Counted from the first letter of the stretch, positions 15,981 to 25,128 are shown. The stretch is DNA of 32,000 nt from Microcystis aeruginosa NIES-843 (GCF_000010625.1 NC_010296.1:5220001-5252000); one strand, 5' to 3'. The notes: generated by a model not told the origin, from the letters alone. Numbers and translations: made by a program.

Positions 15981-17354
15981 ATGACCGTAGAATCCAGCTT
16001 ACAACAGTTAAAAAGAGCTTCATCGGGACGATTACCCAGCAGTTACGGGGTCTATTTTAAGAATACCCTTGTGGCCCTCTGTCATGCTCTTGAAGATCAT
16101 ATCTTGCAAACTAGCAGCCCAGATAGTACAAATAAACCACTGGTCTTAGTCACCTTTCAACAGGGTAAATGGTATTTACAGGAAGCTGAGCGCTATTTAG
16201 ATATCGCTCGCTCTTCTCGTCATATTGCGATCGCCGCCGTGGCCGATAGTGGTTTTTCTGAGCATAAAACCGGCAGTTTAGAGAATGTTTCGCTAGTTAA
16301 CTTAGATAATAGCGATAGTTTGGTTAATGAGTGGAATTTAATCATTCTTTCCCCCGATTACGCCTCCATGGTACTCTGTCATGAGTTATCCCCAGAAGAA
16401 TACCGGTCCGATAGTCAACCCCAAATAGACACGGAGCGAAAATTCTACGGTTTATGGACATTCGATCGGGATTTAGTCGAAAAAGCCGCTAGGATCTTAA
16501 TTGAGCGTCTGCATCCTTATAATCCCAGTCTAGCGGCCGATTTAAGCAGACAACAGCAGGAAATTAGTCAAAATATTAATCCCATTCCCACGGATTTAAC
16601 GGGAGTAGTCTCTCGCATTGTCACCTATCTGCAAACCAGTCAACAGCAGTTAGTCACCGTCAGCAGACAAACGCGAGAATTAAGCGACTTAGAAGGACAA
16701 GCATCCCGTTTAAATAAAAATTTGGCCGCTAATAAACTGCAAGCTTTTCTAAGAATGGCTCAAAAGGTCGATGAAAGAGATATTGATAATCCCCTTGCTT
16801 CCCTACAGGTGGCCGCTTTAGCGGAAATGTTGGGACAATTGCTCGATTTACCCACCCTGAGATTGCGACGCTTGCGATTAGCCGGTTTATTATACCGCAT
16901 CGGTCTAGCGGAGGCTCCGATCGAAGTTTTTAGACAGCGTGCCAGTCAGTTAGAGGGAGCAAATGCGTTATTTTGGCGGGATCGATCGGTGTTAGGCGCA
17001 CAATTACTCGCCACTATGCCCGAATTAGCCCCAATTCAACAGATTATTTACCATGAGTTTGAATACTGGGATGGTAGCGGGGTTCCCAACGGCTTAAAAG
17101 GGGAAGAAATCAGCCTAGAGTCGAGAATTTTAGGATTATCAGCCTATTTTCAGGAATTAACTCAACCGCGAGGCGACCGACTAGCTCTAGATTTAGGAGA
17201 GGCCCTAGAGCGCTGTCAAAATTATAGCGGGATTCGTTTTGATCCCGCTTTGGTAGAAAAATTAAGTTCGGTAATTCGTCTGTGCGAAATGGGGTGGATG
17301 CAATTACCCGATCGCCCTAGTCAAGTCCCCGCCGTCTGGTTAGAATCAGTTTAG
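15981..17354 (+). CDS. DICT sensory-domain protein with C-terminal degenerate HD-GYP-like domain
   Basis: The N-terminal ~170 aa resemble DICT (YFKNTLVALCHALEDHIL ...). The C-terminus has the HD-GYP signature region YHEFEYWDGSGVPNGLKGEEISLESRILGL (GVP instead of GYP). The expected HD dyad position reads LLYRIGLA. Confidence 0.65.
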   Translation: MTVESSLQQLKRASSGRLPSSYGVYFKNTLVALCHALEDHILQTSSPDSTNKPLVLVTFQQGKWYLQEAERYLDIARSSRHIAIAAVADSGFSEHKTGSLENVSLVNLDNSDSLVNEWNLIILSPDYASMVLCHELSPEEYRSDSQPQIDTERKFYGLWTFDRDLVEKAARILIERLHPYNPSLAADLSRQQQEISQNINPIPTDLTGVVSRIVTYLQTSQQQLVTVSRQTRELSDLEGQASRLNKNLAANKLQAFLRMAQKVDERDIDNPLASLQVAALAEMLGQLLDLPTLRLRRLRLAGLLYRIGLAEAPIEVFRQRASQLEGANALFWRDRSVLGAQLLATMPELAPIQQIIYHEFEYWDGSGVPNGLKGEEISLESRILGLSAYFQELTQPRGDRLALDLGEALERCQNYSGIRFDPALVEKLSSVIRLCEMGWMQLPDRPSQVPAVWLESV

Positions 17355-17356
17355 AT

Positions 17357-17763
17357 TAGGGTCTGCGGCAAAAAGTTTTTCGTGGGGGTAGGGTGTGGGG
17401 TGTGGGGTGTGGGGTGTAGGGTTTTACCCATTTTCAGGGGGTCAATTACCTAATGGGACTTCGGCGTTTTCGGTCAGCAAAAAAGGCTCAAACCATTACG
17501 GGACAAAGGGTTAACCTCGATTTATGATTTTCCTTGATCTATCTGGGTTTCAGCGATTGTGGGCTTCTCGAAGTAAATCCCAAGCGGGGATCGGAGTTGA
17601 GGCTTTTATCGATTTGTTTTTTGTCTAAGTCCCACTAATTAATTTTCAGGGAAAAAGTGCCTAAATTTCCCCCCCGATCACCCCAAGGTCTGGCACTTTT
17701 TGATGGGAAAAAAGTCTAAAATTTTTACCCAACAAGGTTTTTAGATTTATTCAGCAGACCCTA
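17357..17763 (-). repeat. MITE-like element, copy B, carrying a nested insertion
   Basis: TA-GGGTCTGCGGCAAAAAG ... TTTATTCAGCAGACCC-TA. It is collinear with copy D apart from a ~182-bp insert. It fills the whole gap between the stop codons of two convergent genes (17352-17354 and 17766-17768). Confidence 0.85.
17455..17636. repeat. Second, unrelated MITE-like element nested inside MITE copy B
   Basis: It interrupts the ACCTAAT|TTTCAGG junction that is intact in copies A, C and D. Inverted termini are (T)GGGACTT ... AAGTCCCA(C), with TAAT/CTAAT repeated at both flanks. Confidence 0.65.
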
Positions 17764-17765
17764 GA

Positions 17766-18782
17766 CTAGACTCCGATTAAACTCTGCATGGCACGTCTCA
17801 TATTAGCCGGTTTAAAAGCTGCCATGGCCGCGGTCGGTTCATAGCCGCAATGTACCATACAATCGGCACATTGCGGATTGCCACTGGCCCGACCGTAGTT
17901 ATCCCAATTGGTTTCTGCTAAAAGTTCCCGAAAGCTTTTGTAATGACCTTCGTTGAGCAGATAACAGGGTTTTTGCCATCCTAAAAGACTATAGCTAGGA
18001 CTACCCCAAGGGCTGCATTCATAGTCTTGTTCACCGATGAGAAAATCGAGAAAGAGAGGATTATGGTTAAAATTCCACTTTTTCTGCCCTGATTTCCAGG
18101 GTGAGAGAATTTCTCGGAATAAAGCTCTAGTTTGCTCCCGTTTCAAGAAACTATCTTGATCTGGGGCCCACTCATAACTGTAACCGGGGGAAATCATCAT
18201 GCCATCGATGCCCAAAGTAGCGAGAAAATCGAAAAATTCCTGCATTTCTCGCGGCTCTGTGCCTTCAAAAACCGTGGTATTAGTAGTAACCCGAAAACCT
18301 CTCGCTTTCGCTGCTTTAATCCCTTGTACTGCCTTATCGAATACTCCCTCTCGATCCACACAGCGATCGTGATGTGCTTTTAAACCGTCCAGATGGACAC
18401 TAAAGGTAAGATAGGGTGAAGGAGTAAATTTATCCAGGCTTTTTTCCAATAACAGAGCATTGGTACAGAGATAGACAAATTTTTTTCTGTCCACTAACCC
18501 CTTGACAATTTCATCGATTTGTGGGTGTAAAAGCGGCTCGCCCCCGGGGATGGAAACCACGGGAACTCCGCATTCTTCCACCGCTGCGAAACATTCTGCC
18601 GGGGTGAGATGATTGCGGAGGATTTCCGGGGGATGTTGAATCTTACCGCAGCCAGTACAGGCTAAATTGCAGCGAAATAGCGGTTCTAGCATTAAAACTA
18701 AGGGAAAACGCTTTTTTCCTGCTAGACGCTGTTTCAAGATATAGGAAGCAACCACTAAAGCTTGTTGCAGTTGGACAGCCAT
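17766..18782 (-). CDS. hpnH: Radical SAM protein, adenosylhopane synthase HpnH-like
   Basis: The [10 protein letters not shown] radical-SAM cluster motif lies within [24 protein letters not shown]. Also present are [37 protein letters not shown] and [12 protein letters not shown], as in HpnH. The track start (TTG 18860) is replaced by ATG 18782 ([20 protein letters not shown]). Confidence 0.8.
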   Translation of the reverse strand: MAVQLQQALVVASYILKQRLAGKKRFPLVLMLEPLFRCNLACTGCGKIQHPPEILRNHLTPAECFAAVEECGVPVVSIPGGEPLLHPQIDEIVKGLVDRKKFVYLCTNALLLEKSLDKFTPSPYLTFSVHLDGLKAHHDRCVDREGVFDKAVQGIKAAKARGFRVTTNTTVFEGTEPREMQEFFDFLATLGIDGMMISPGYSYEWAPDQDSFLKREQTRALFREILSPWKSGQKKWNFNHNPLFLDFLIGEQDYECSPWGSPSYSLLGWQKPCYLLNEGHYKSFRELLAETNWDNYGRASGNPQCADCMVHCGYEPTAAMAAFKPANMRRAMQSLIGV

Positions 18783-18914
18783 TTGCTCACACCAAAAGGA
18801 TTCTAAGTAATTATAGACTGTTAGCAGGGCATCAAGGCATAGAAGCCTAGAAAATGGCAAAATAAATAAAAGCTGAGGGCTTTTTTGGCTGTTTACTTTA
18901 TCACTGGATAGATT

Positions 18915-19514
18915 ATGAGTTCTTTAGGCGATCGCTTCAAGAAATTTGCGGGAAAAACTCGCTATGTGGTCTGTCGCTTATTTTTGCATCTCTACGGACA
19001 AGAAGTCGCACCCCTGATCGGTATCCTTAATCGTACCGGCCGGGAGGCGATCGATTCCGAAGGCGATTTAGAGGTCATGGGAGAGGGTTTAGTAGAAATT
19101 TGTCAAAATCTGCTGCAGATGAACCTCTATTGGTTTTCTATAGCTAATGAGGGCGATGTTTTTTGGAATGAGGGGGAAGCGGGAGACTACGTTAACGAAC
19201 TGTTTACCGATTCCGCGGCCAGATACCTAAGTGAATCGGTGTCTTCACAGTTGGGGGAAAACGAACCCTTAACTTTACCCGTCACCGATAACTTAGTTGT
19301 TATGATCACAATAGCCTTCGAGGGTGAGAGTGCTGCTTTAGAAACTAGCCTAGCCGATCGAGAAGCCCTAGAAGATGGTTTAAAATCAATAATTAACCTT
19401 CACTACCAAGGTCGGCTGCGTGCGATTCAGGTACATTTTTCTCCTGCTCAATTGGGAGATGAATTGACCAATGAGCAACTATTACTCAATTTCCCCGAAT
19501 TACTGCCTTTATAG
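18915..19514 (+). CDS. Hypothetical protein (acidic, cytoplasmic; probably conserved in cyanobacteria)
   Basis: ATG-initiated 199-aa ORF with ordinary codon usage and no recognised motif. Confidence 0.6.
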   Translation: MSSLGDRFKKFAGKTRYVVCRLFLHLYGQEVAPLIGILNRTGREAIDSEGDLEVMGEGLVEICQNLLQMNLYWFSIANEGDVFWNEGEAGDYVNELFTDSAARYLSESVSSQLGENEPLTLPVTDNLVVMITIAFEGESAALETSLADREALEDGLKSIINLHYQGRLRAIQVHFSPAQLGDELTNEQLLLNFPELLPL

Positions 19515-19530
19515 TCTTAATTTTGCCCTT

Positions 19531-20403
19531 ATGCTGCGCCAAGTAACGACAATCCTTTTAATTCTTACCCTTTGTTGCACAACGGTGGCCTGTGGTTCGT
19601 CGTCAAATGAAACTCAGTCACCGTCAGCTAGTAACAGTAGTGTAAGACGAGAATCCAATCAGGTTAGTAGCGGTCGCTACGAGGTGCAACAAGCTACCTA
19701 CGATGACGGAGATGGCACTTATACCTTAATGCTGTTAAACACCCCTGGGGGGACTTCTCCCCTCTTTCGCACCACTAACCTGCAAATGGCTAGATTAACC
19801 GAGGAGGACATTGCTAAAGGGGAAAAAACCGCAGTAGAAATCAACGGTGATCAGGCTACCCTGTACATGACCGAAGATTTTAAAATTGAGTATGTCCATA
19901 ATGTCACGGAAGTGCGGAACAATCCCCAAACCGGACAACAAGAAACCGTGGTGATTCGGCAAGAATCGAGTTTTTGGAGTCCTTTTTTCGGTGCTGTTGC
20001 TGGTCAAGCTTTGGGTAGTTTGCTCTTTCGTCCTCAATATTACGTTCCTCCCCTTTATACTCCGGGAGGTGTGATGACCGGTTTTGGTGGTTACGGTTCC
20101 ACCTATAATCAGGCAGTAGATCAATACCGGACTAAACATAATAGTCCACCTCCGGCGGTCAAAAATCGGCAAACTCTCCGTTCTACCGGCAATTTACGTC
20201 GTTATCCCAGTAATACTTCCTCTAGTCCCAATCGCAGCACCACCACCACCACAAAACCCAGTGGTTCTGGTTATGGTTCCAGTACCCTGAAGAATTCGGG
20301 TAAATCTGATAATGTCAAACGTTCTCCTAGTTTCGGTTCCTCCGGTTCCCGTCGTACCCCTAGTCGCAGTGGTTTCGGCAGCAGCAGACGCAGCCGACGT
20401 TAG
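19531..20403 (+). CDS. Putative lipoprotein with Ser/Gly/Arg-rich disordered C-terminal tail
   Basis: MLRQVTTILLILTLCCTTVAC|GSSS is a signal peptide with a lipobox-like VAC. The tail reads ...SGSGYGSSTLKNSGKS...GSSGSRRTPSRSGFGSSRRSRR. The track start (19471) overlaps the upstream gene, so ATG 19531 is preferred. Confidence 0.7.
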   Translation: MLRQVTTILLILTLCCTTVACGSSSNETQSPSASNSSVRRESNQVSSGRYEVQQATYDDGDGTYTLMLLNTPGGTSPLFRTTNLQMARLTEEDIAKGEKTAVEINGDQATLYMTEDFKIEYVHNVTEVRNNPQTGQQETVVIRQESSFWSPFFGAVAGQALGSLLFRPQYYVPPLYTPGGVMTGFGGYGSTYNQAVDQYRTKHNSPPPAVKNRQTLRSTGNLRRYPSNTSSSPNRSTTTTTKPSGSGYGSSTLKNSGKSDNVKRSPSFGSSGSRRTPSRSGFGSSRRSRR

Positions 20404-20474
20404 GAGGATTTGACTGGAGTGGTGGAAGATTAACCCTGTCTTCCCCACCTCAGACATTGGAGATGACAACTACT

Positions 20475-20692
20475 TAGGGTTTGCTGAATAAATCTAAAAA
20501 CCTTGTTGGATAGTAATTTTAGACTTTTTCCCCATCAAAAAGTGCCAGACCTTGGGGTGATCGGGGGGGAAATTTAGGCACTTTTTCCCTGAAAATTAGG
20601 TAATTGACCAGATGAAAATCGGTAAAACCCTACACCCCACACCCCACACCCCACACCCTAACCCCACCAACAAACTTTTTCAGCAGACCCTA
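20475..20692 (+). repeat. MITE-like element, copy C (best-preserved)
   Basis: TA-GGGTTTGCTGAATAAATC ... AAACTTTTTCAGCAGACCC-TA. It has an internal perfect 10-bp inverted repeat AAAAAGTGCC (20537-20546) / GGCACTTTTT (20577-20586) and (CCCCACA)3 at 20635-20655. It ends 1 nt from the stop of the CpcS-like gene. Confidence 0.85.
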
Positions 20693-20693
20693 C

Positions 20694-21206
20694 TTAAGAA
20701 GCAACCATTTTGCGAATTTCCGAATAGAAAACCGTCTGGCGATCGCCATTGCCCGACTGGATAATACTGGTACGCAATCTCAGATTAGGACTAGCAAACC
20801 AGATTCTTTCCTCGATACGATGGTGATTATCCTCGATGGTTAAAGTCAAAGCTTGATCGCTTCTGAGATGATATTCTCCCAGCGCTGCCGATTTACCGTC
20901 CGATGTGATTAATTTTCCTTGCCAAGAATTCTCTGAGGGCAGCCAAACTAAATAGCTAGAACCGATTTTTTTCGGTTGTCCATAGTCCACGGAATTATCC
21001 CAAGTTGCTTTCCATCCCCCTAGACTGGTGTGGGACTGACAGTTATTTCCTAAACATAATTGCACCACATCGGCAGCATCGGCAGCCAGCAAATCGATGG
21101 TGATTTCTGCTTTATTATTGGCAACTTTTTGGGCAGCTAATTGATAACTGGTGCGCTGAGAAAACCATTTACCCGCACAGAGATTAATAAATTCTTGAAT
21201 GTCCAT
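20694..21206 (-). CDS. CpcS/CpcU (CpeS-like) family phycobiliprotein bilin lyase
   Basis: 170-aa ORF: MDIQEFINLCAGKWFSQRTSYQL ... FYSEIRK, the characteristic N- and C-terminal motifs of the CpeS/CpcS lipocalin-like lyase family. Confidence 0.75.
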   Translation of the reverse strand: MDIQEFINLCAGKWFSQRTSYQLAAQKVANNKAEITIDLLAADAADVVQLCLGNNCQSHTSLGGWKATWDNSVDYGQPKKIGSSYLVWLPSENSWQGKLITSDGKSAALGEYHLRSDQALTLTIEDNHHRIEERIWFASPNLRLRTSIIQSGNGDRQTVFYSEIRKMVAS

Positions 21207-21267
21207 GAATGGCTGTAGGCAAAGATCGATCGCTCTGGAAGACTAGATTATTTATTCTATCCTATCC

Positions 21268-21936
21268 CTAGACGTTGGCCAATTTTTGCAAGGATAAACG
21301 GGCCGCTTCGCGCACTTGCGGGTGTTCGTCTTTGACCAAAAATTTTAGGGCTGCGATCGTTTTTTCCGCCGGAAGATGGCCTAAAGCTTCCGCTAATCGC
21401 TGCCGAATTAACCAGTCATCGGAGTTAACAAAGGTTAAAAGCTTCTCGACGGTTTCCACTGCTTTGATTTCGCCAAGGGCAGCAATAGCGGCCTGTTGAA
21501 TAACCGCTTCGTTACTATCGAGGGCCGATAATAACACCTGTTTAGCCCGAATATCGCCCAAATTGCCCAAAGCGACGGCGGCACTAAAGCGGACTAACCA
21601 TTGCGTGTCTTCGTAAAAAGCCCGTTGTAGGGGTTCAAAAGCGCGAATATCTTCTAAATAACCTAAGGCCCCGGCAGCATCGGCGCGAATGCCATAATCG
21701 GCATCATTGGCTAACAAATCCACTAGGATAGGAAAGCATTCCTCGGTTTGTTTGACTCCCAAAGCAAAGACAGCCATCGATCGCACTGGCAGCATTTCAT
21801 CATAAAGGACTTTTTTGATCAAGGGTACAGCTTCCTCCGGGGTCACTTCTCGCAGGGATGCCAAGGCCAGCAGACGATCTTTAGAATTGCTACTTTCTAA
21901 CTGGAGGGCAATGGCTTGTGTATCAGGCTTACTCAT
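21268..21936 (-). CDS. HEAT-repeat (PBS-lyase HEAT-like) protein, NblB/CpcE-like
   Basis: Repeated xxVRxxAAxALGxxxD units (VRSMAVFALGVK, IRADAAGALGYL, VRFSAAVALGNL, IQQAAIAALGEI, IRQRLAEALGHL, VREAARLSLQKL). ATG 21936 is preferred over the TTG track start at 21987. Confidence 0.75.
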   Translation of the reverse strand: MSKPDTQAIALQLESSNSKDRLLALASLREVTPEEAVPLIKKVLYDEMLPVRSMAVFALGVKQTEECFPILVDLLANDADYGIRADAAGALGYLEDIRAFEPLQRAFYEDTQWLVRFSAAVALGNLGDIRAKQVLLSALDSNEAVIQQAAIAALGEIKAVETVEKLLTFVNSDDWLIRQRLAEALGHLPAEKTIAALKFLVKDEHPQVREAARLSLQKLANV

Positions 21937-22240
21937 TTTTGTCAACCACTTGTAATATTTCTTTAATTCTAACGCAATTCTTGGCAATTCAGAAACGAGA
22001 GCGGGGAAAGGATTTCTTGAGGATTTCTTAAGGATTGAGGCGAGAGTTGACTTCCTCCGGGAAACTATAATTTAAGTATGGTAATACGATAAATGCTAGG
22101 CTTTCTGATAGATTCAGGAAAAAAATATAAAGCCCCACTCCCCTTCAGGTCAGCGAGGTTGAGATTAAAAAAAACAGATAGCCTAGGGCTAATTAGCTTG
22201 TCTAGCGGCAACTGCCACACCTAGACAAGCGGGAGGTGTT

Positions 22241-23770
22241 ATGGTGGAAAATCGAGTTTTTAATACTGGTTCTTTGACTCTAGACACGGAAAAAGAGCAT
22301 ATCTTTGTGTCCGTGACTCCAGACTATCAAAAAGGCCCCGGCATTCAACGGGATGGTATAACTCCTCCCAGAATGCAGGATCCTCATGCAGTGCCGGATA
22401 TAATGTATAATCGACTTGGTCAAATTGCTATTCCTGGCCTAGACTCTACGACCAATGCTTACGAGCAGAGAGCGGGTACTTGGACACTTTATCATCATCT
22501 CAAAGAATTCTGCGATCAGCGAGGACAGGATTGGCTCATTATTGGCGCCCAAGGTTGCGGGGATCTAACGATGAATCCGTGGCATCTTGCCTATCTTGGC
22601 CCTAATTACTACATAAAATCCTTGCAAAATCAATTATGTGGAATGTTTCTCCCCGGAGACCCGCAAGACCCGATCGATCGTCGCATCTATCGGTGTTTGG
22701 TCAAATGGTGTGATGCTATGGCTACACACCTCGGCCATCGTTATGAATTTTTGGATTTAAGGTTTATGGCTGGAGGCGCAAATATAATACAGATTAACGA
22801 TCCGCAAGTGGCTCGCAGATATAATCGTCATTTAGCAGGACTACCGGGATACGATGCTAATTTACAGAATATCGCCCCATTTTTAGAGTTTGCCCTAGGG
22901 GGAAAAACTATCATTCAACAAGGTGATGTGGTTCCCCTATTTACTGCTATCGATCGATTCCAAGATGTACGCCATATTTTTTGCCTGCCTTATCAAATTC
23001 CCTGTGCGGGGAATTTTAGGAGGCAGGGTATTAATACAATTAACTTGGGGGAATATCAACTCTATGGCGATTTGAATGCCAGGCGTGCCGCTTTAAACGG
23101 ACCGATTATCGTAGAAACTCAATTAATTTCTCCCGGTGGTTTTCTGAACATCAATCTGGCTAATCCTGCTGTCGCGAGGGAATTAGATGAACAGCAGTTT
23201 AAACGGGTTGATTTTTCTCCGCGTCGGGCGGGAGAATATTTTCCTTACCCCGGAGGAGATACGGTAGAAATTTACTTTCCCAAGAGCATCTATCCTTTCG
23301 GAATTTTGGGAATGTCCGGTCAAAAAATTATCTGTTTTGCGTCCTCGGGATTATCGGCAAAAATCGGCAATACCCTAGAAGGGATTACCTTAATTATGAG
23401 CGATGGATTCGGTGCGGAAGAAGCGATGGTTTTAGACGAAGGATGTGACGTTTTTCAAATGATCAATCCCATGAGGGATGATCATGCTTTCACTTATACC
23501 AACGATGAATTATTGGATAGAGTGTTAGCCTTTACCCACGATCAAATGCTTTCAGATACGGCTGCAAGCACTAGAAATCCGGTGAATGGTCCCGCATTAG
23601 GTGGAGACATGAGACAATGGCCTCTCAATCAAAATTTATTGAACCAAGTGGAAATTGATTATGGCATTAGAGCAGCTGGTCTAGATTATACAGATATCTT
23701 TCCGGTCAGGTTAAGTCGCTCGCAAATCAGAAGTATTTTGATTGTTGCTGTCCCAAAAAATCCTCAATAG
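22241..23770 (+). CDS. Hypothetical 509-aa protein; C-terminal region possibly phosphodiester-glycosidase (NAGPA/DUF2233)-like
   Basis: A strong RBS (GGGAGGTGTTATG) precedes a long ORF. The only resemblance I can see is GILGMSGQKIICFASSG...GNTLEGITLIMSDGFGAEEAMVLDEGCDVFQMI...RSQIRSILIV against the NAGPA pattern (xxGxxxdGxlxlvvvDG...GxTlxElaxxmxxlGaxxAlnLDGGGS...Rxxxxal.v). This is weak. Confidence 0.6.
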   Translation: MVENRVFNTGSLTLDTEKEHIFVSVTPDYQKGPGIQRDGITPPRMQDPHAVPDIMYNRLGQIAIPGLDSTTNAYEQRAGTWTLYHHLKEFCDQRGQDWLIIGAQGCGDLTMNPWHLAYLGPNYYIKSLQNQLCGMFLPGDPQDPIDRRIYRCLVKWCDAMATHLGHRYEFLDLRFMAGGANIIQINDPQVARRYNRHLAGLPGYDANLQNIAPFLEFALGGKTIIQQGDVVPLFTAIDRFQDVRHIFCLPYQIPCAGNFRRQGINTINLGEYQLYGDLNARRAALNGPIIVETQLISPGGFLNINLANPAVARELDEQQFKRVDFSPRRAGEYFPYPGGDTVEIYFPKSIYPFGILGMSGQKIICFASSGLSAKIGNTLEGITLIMSDGFGAEEAMVLDEGCDVFQMINPMRDDHAFTYTNDELLDRVLAFTHDQMLSDTAASTRNPVNGPALGGDMRQWPLNQNLLNQVEIDYGIRAAGLDYTDIFPVRLSRSQIRSILIVAVPKNPQ

Positions 23771-23939
23771 GGAGATTCAACCCGGTGCGTCTCCATTTTG
23801 TAGAAATACCTAGGGTTTGAACGAACCAATTGGCGATAGCAATCTCGGCAATGTTCCGCTTGCCTTATTCGCTAAAAAGCATACAGGATAAAGGTTACAG
23901 CAATTTTAAAACCCTTCCCTTAAAAAATTAAGCGAACAA

Positions 23940-24306
23940 TGAGTTATTACCCTTTGCCGTTCTCAGCAATACTGATGACCCCGAACAGGTGTTAAGTCAG
24001 GTGTCCCGTTCTCTAGAAACTATCTCTCAAAAACGGGTGCAAAGCAATCTCGCTGCCGCTACCAGTATTCTCGCCGGGTTAGTATTAAATCGAGAGACGA
24101 TAAAAAAAATCCTTTGGAGTGACATTATGAGAGAATCAGTCATCTATCAAGATATTTTAGAGGAAGGCAGAGAGGAAGGAGCATTAACCGCTAAATTAAA
24201 CTCTATTCCCCGTTTATTGGCTTTAGGGTGAAGTGTAGAACAAATTGCCCAAACTTTAGACTTAGATATTGAACAAGTACCACAAGTCATTGAGGGACAA
24301 AATTGA
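23940..24306 (+). pseudogene. 5'-truncated Rpn-like gene copy (head B remnant, hinge and tail T1) with an internal TGA
   Basis: 23940-24180 matches 26416-26656 almost base for base, so the first ~135 codons are missing. The frame continues ...YQDILEEGREEGALTAKLNSIPRLLALG*SVEQIAQTLDLDIEQVPQVIEGQN*. The TGA at 24229-24231 corresponds to TTA in the sister relic at 25135-25137. Confidence 0.75.
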
Positions 24307-25128
24307 GTGAAAACGGACAGTATTTTCTATCGTCTCTTTCAGACTTTTCCTGAAAGTTTCTTTGATTTGCTCAATCTTCCCCCAGAAACCGTCAATCATT
24401 ATCAATTTTCCTCCCTAGAAGTTAAACAACTCGCTTTTCGTTTAGATGGGGTCTTTCTTCCTGATAACCTTAATGAACCGATTTACTTTGTTGAGGTACA
24501 ATTTCAAAAAGATGAACGGTTTTACTCGCGCTTTTTTAGTGAAATATTTCTCTATTTTCATCAAAGTGAGAGTAATAACAATTGGCAAGGGGTGATCATT
24601 TATCCTCATCCTGGAATTGAAAATAGTCCCAAATCTCGTTATCAAGAATTCTTTGAGTCAGGACGGGTTAACTGTTATTATCTGAATCAATTAGATGAGG
24701 GGGATTCTCTGGGGGTAAAAGTGTTACAATTAATTGTGGAATCGGAACCAAACACCTTAGCCCAAGGAAAAGAACTGATTCAACAAGTTAGACAACAATT
24801 TCAGGAGTCTTTAAAAAGACAGGACATTCTAGAATTAATTGAGACAATTCTCATTTATAAATTACCGAAATTAAACCGTAAGGAGATAGAAGCTATGTTT
24901 AGTTTAAGTGATTTAAGAGAAACTAAGGTTTATCAAGAAGCTTTAGAGGAAGGAGAATTATCCGCTAAAAAAAGCCTAATTTTGCGTCAGCTAAACTTAA
25001 AGCTAGGTTCTATTCCTTTAAATATAGAACAAAAAATTAAACAGTTAAATCCTAATCAACTGGATAATTTGGCTCTTGCTTTATTGGATTTTTCGGATTT
25101 GGAAGATTTGCACCAATGGTTAAATTAA
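24307..25128 (+). CDS. Rpn/YhgA-like putative PD-(D/E)XK nuclease (DUF2887-type head A, DUF4351-like tail T2)
   Basis: GTG start preceded by GAGGGA. MKTDSIFYRLFQTFPESFF ... YFVEVQFQKDERFYSRFFSEIFLYF is typical of the cyanobacterial DUF2887/Rpn-family head as I recall it. The tail LILRQLNLKLGSIPLNIEQKIKQLNPNQLDNLALALLDFSDLEDLHQWLN is DUF4351-like. Confidence 0.8.
   Translation: MKTDSIFYRLFQTFPESFFDLLNLPPETVNHYQFSSLEVKQLAFRLDGVFLPDNLNEPIYFVEVQFQKDERFYSRFFSEIFLYFHQSESNNNWQGVIIYPHPGIENSPKSRYQEFFESGRVNCYYLNQLDEGDSLGVKVLQLIVESEPNTLAQGKELIQQVRQQFQESLKRQDILELIETILIYKLPKLNRKEIEAMFSLSDLRETKVYQEALEEGELSAKKSLILRQLNLKLGSIPLNIEQKIKQLNPNQLDNLALALLDFSDLEDLHQWLN

Noticed and set aside
15821-16060. A 79-aa + strand ORF spanning the ndk stop, the repeat block and the DICT gene start
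   Set aside because: It runs through the AGGAGAC/CT-rich repeat and overlaps two better-supported genes in other frames.
22047-22071. TTGACT ... TATAAT promoter-like pair upstream of the 509-aa ORF
   Set aside because: The spacer is only 13 nt, far from the ~17 nt optimum, so the pair is unlikely to work as a sigma-70-type promoter as written.
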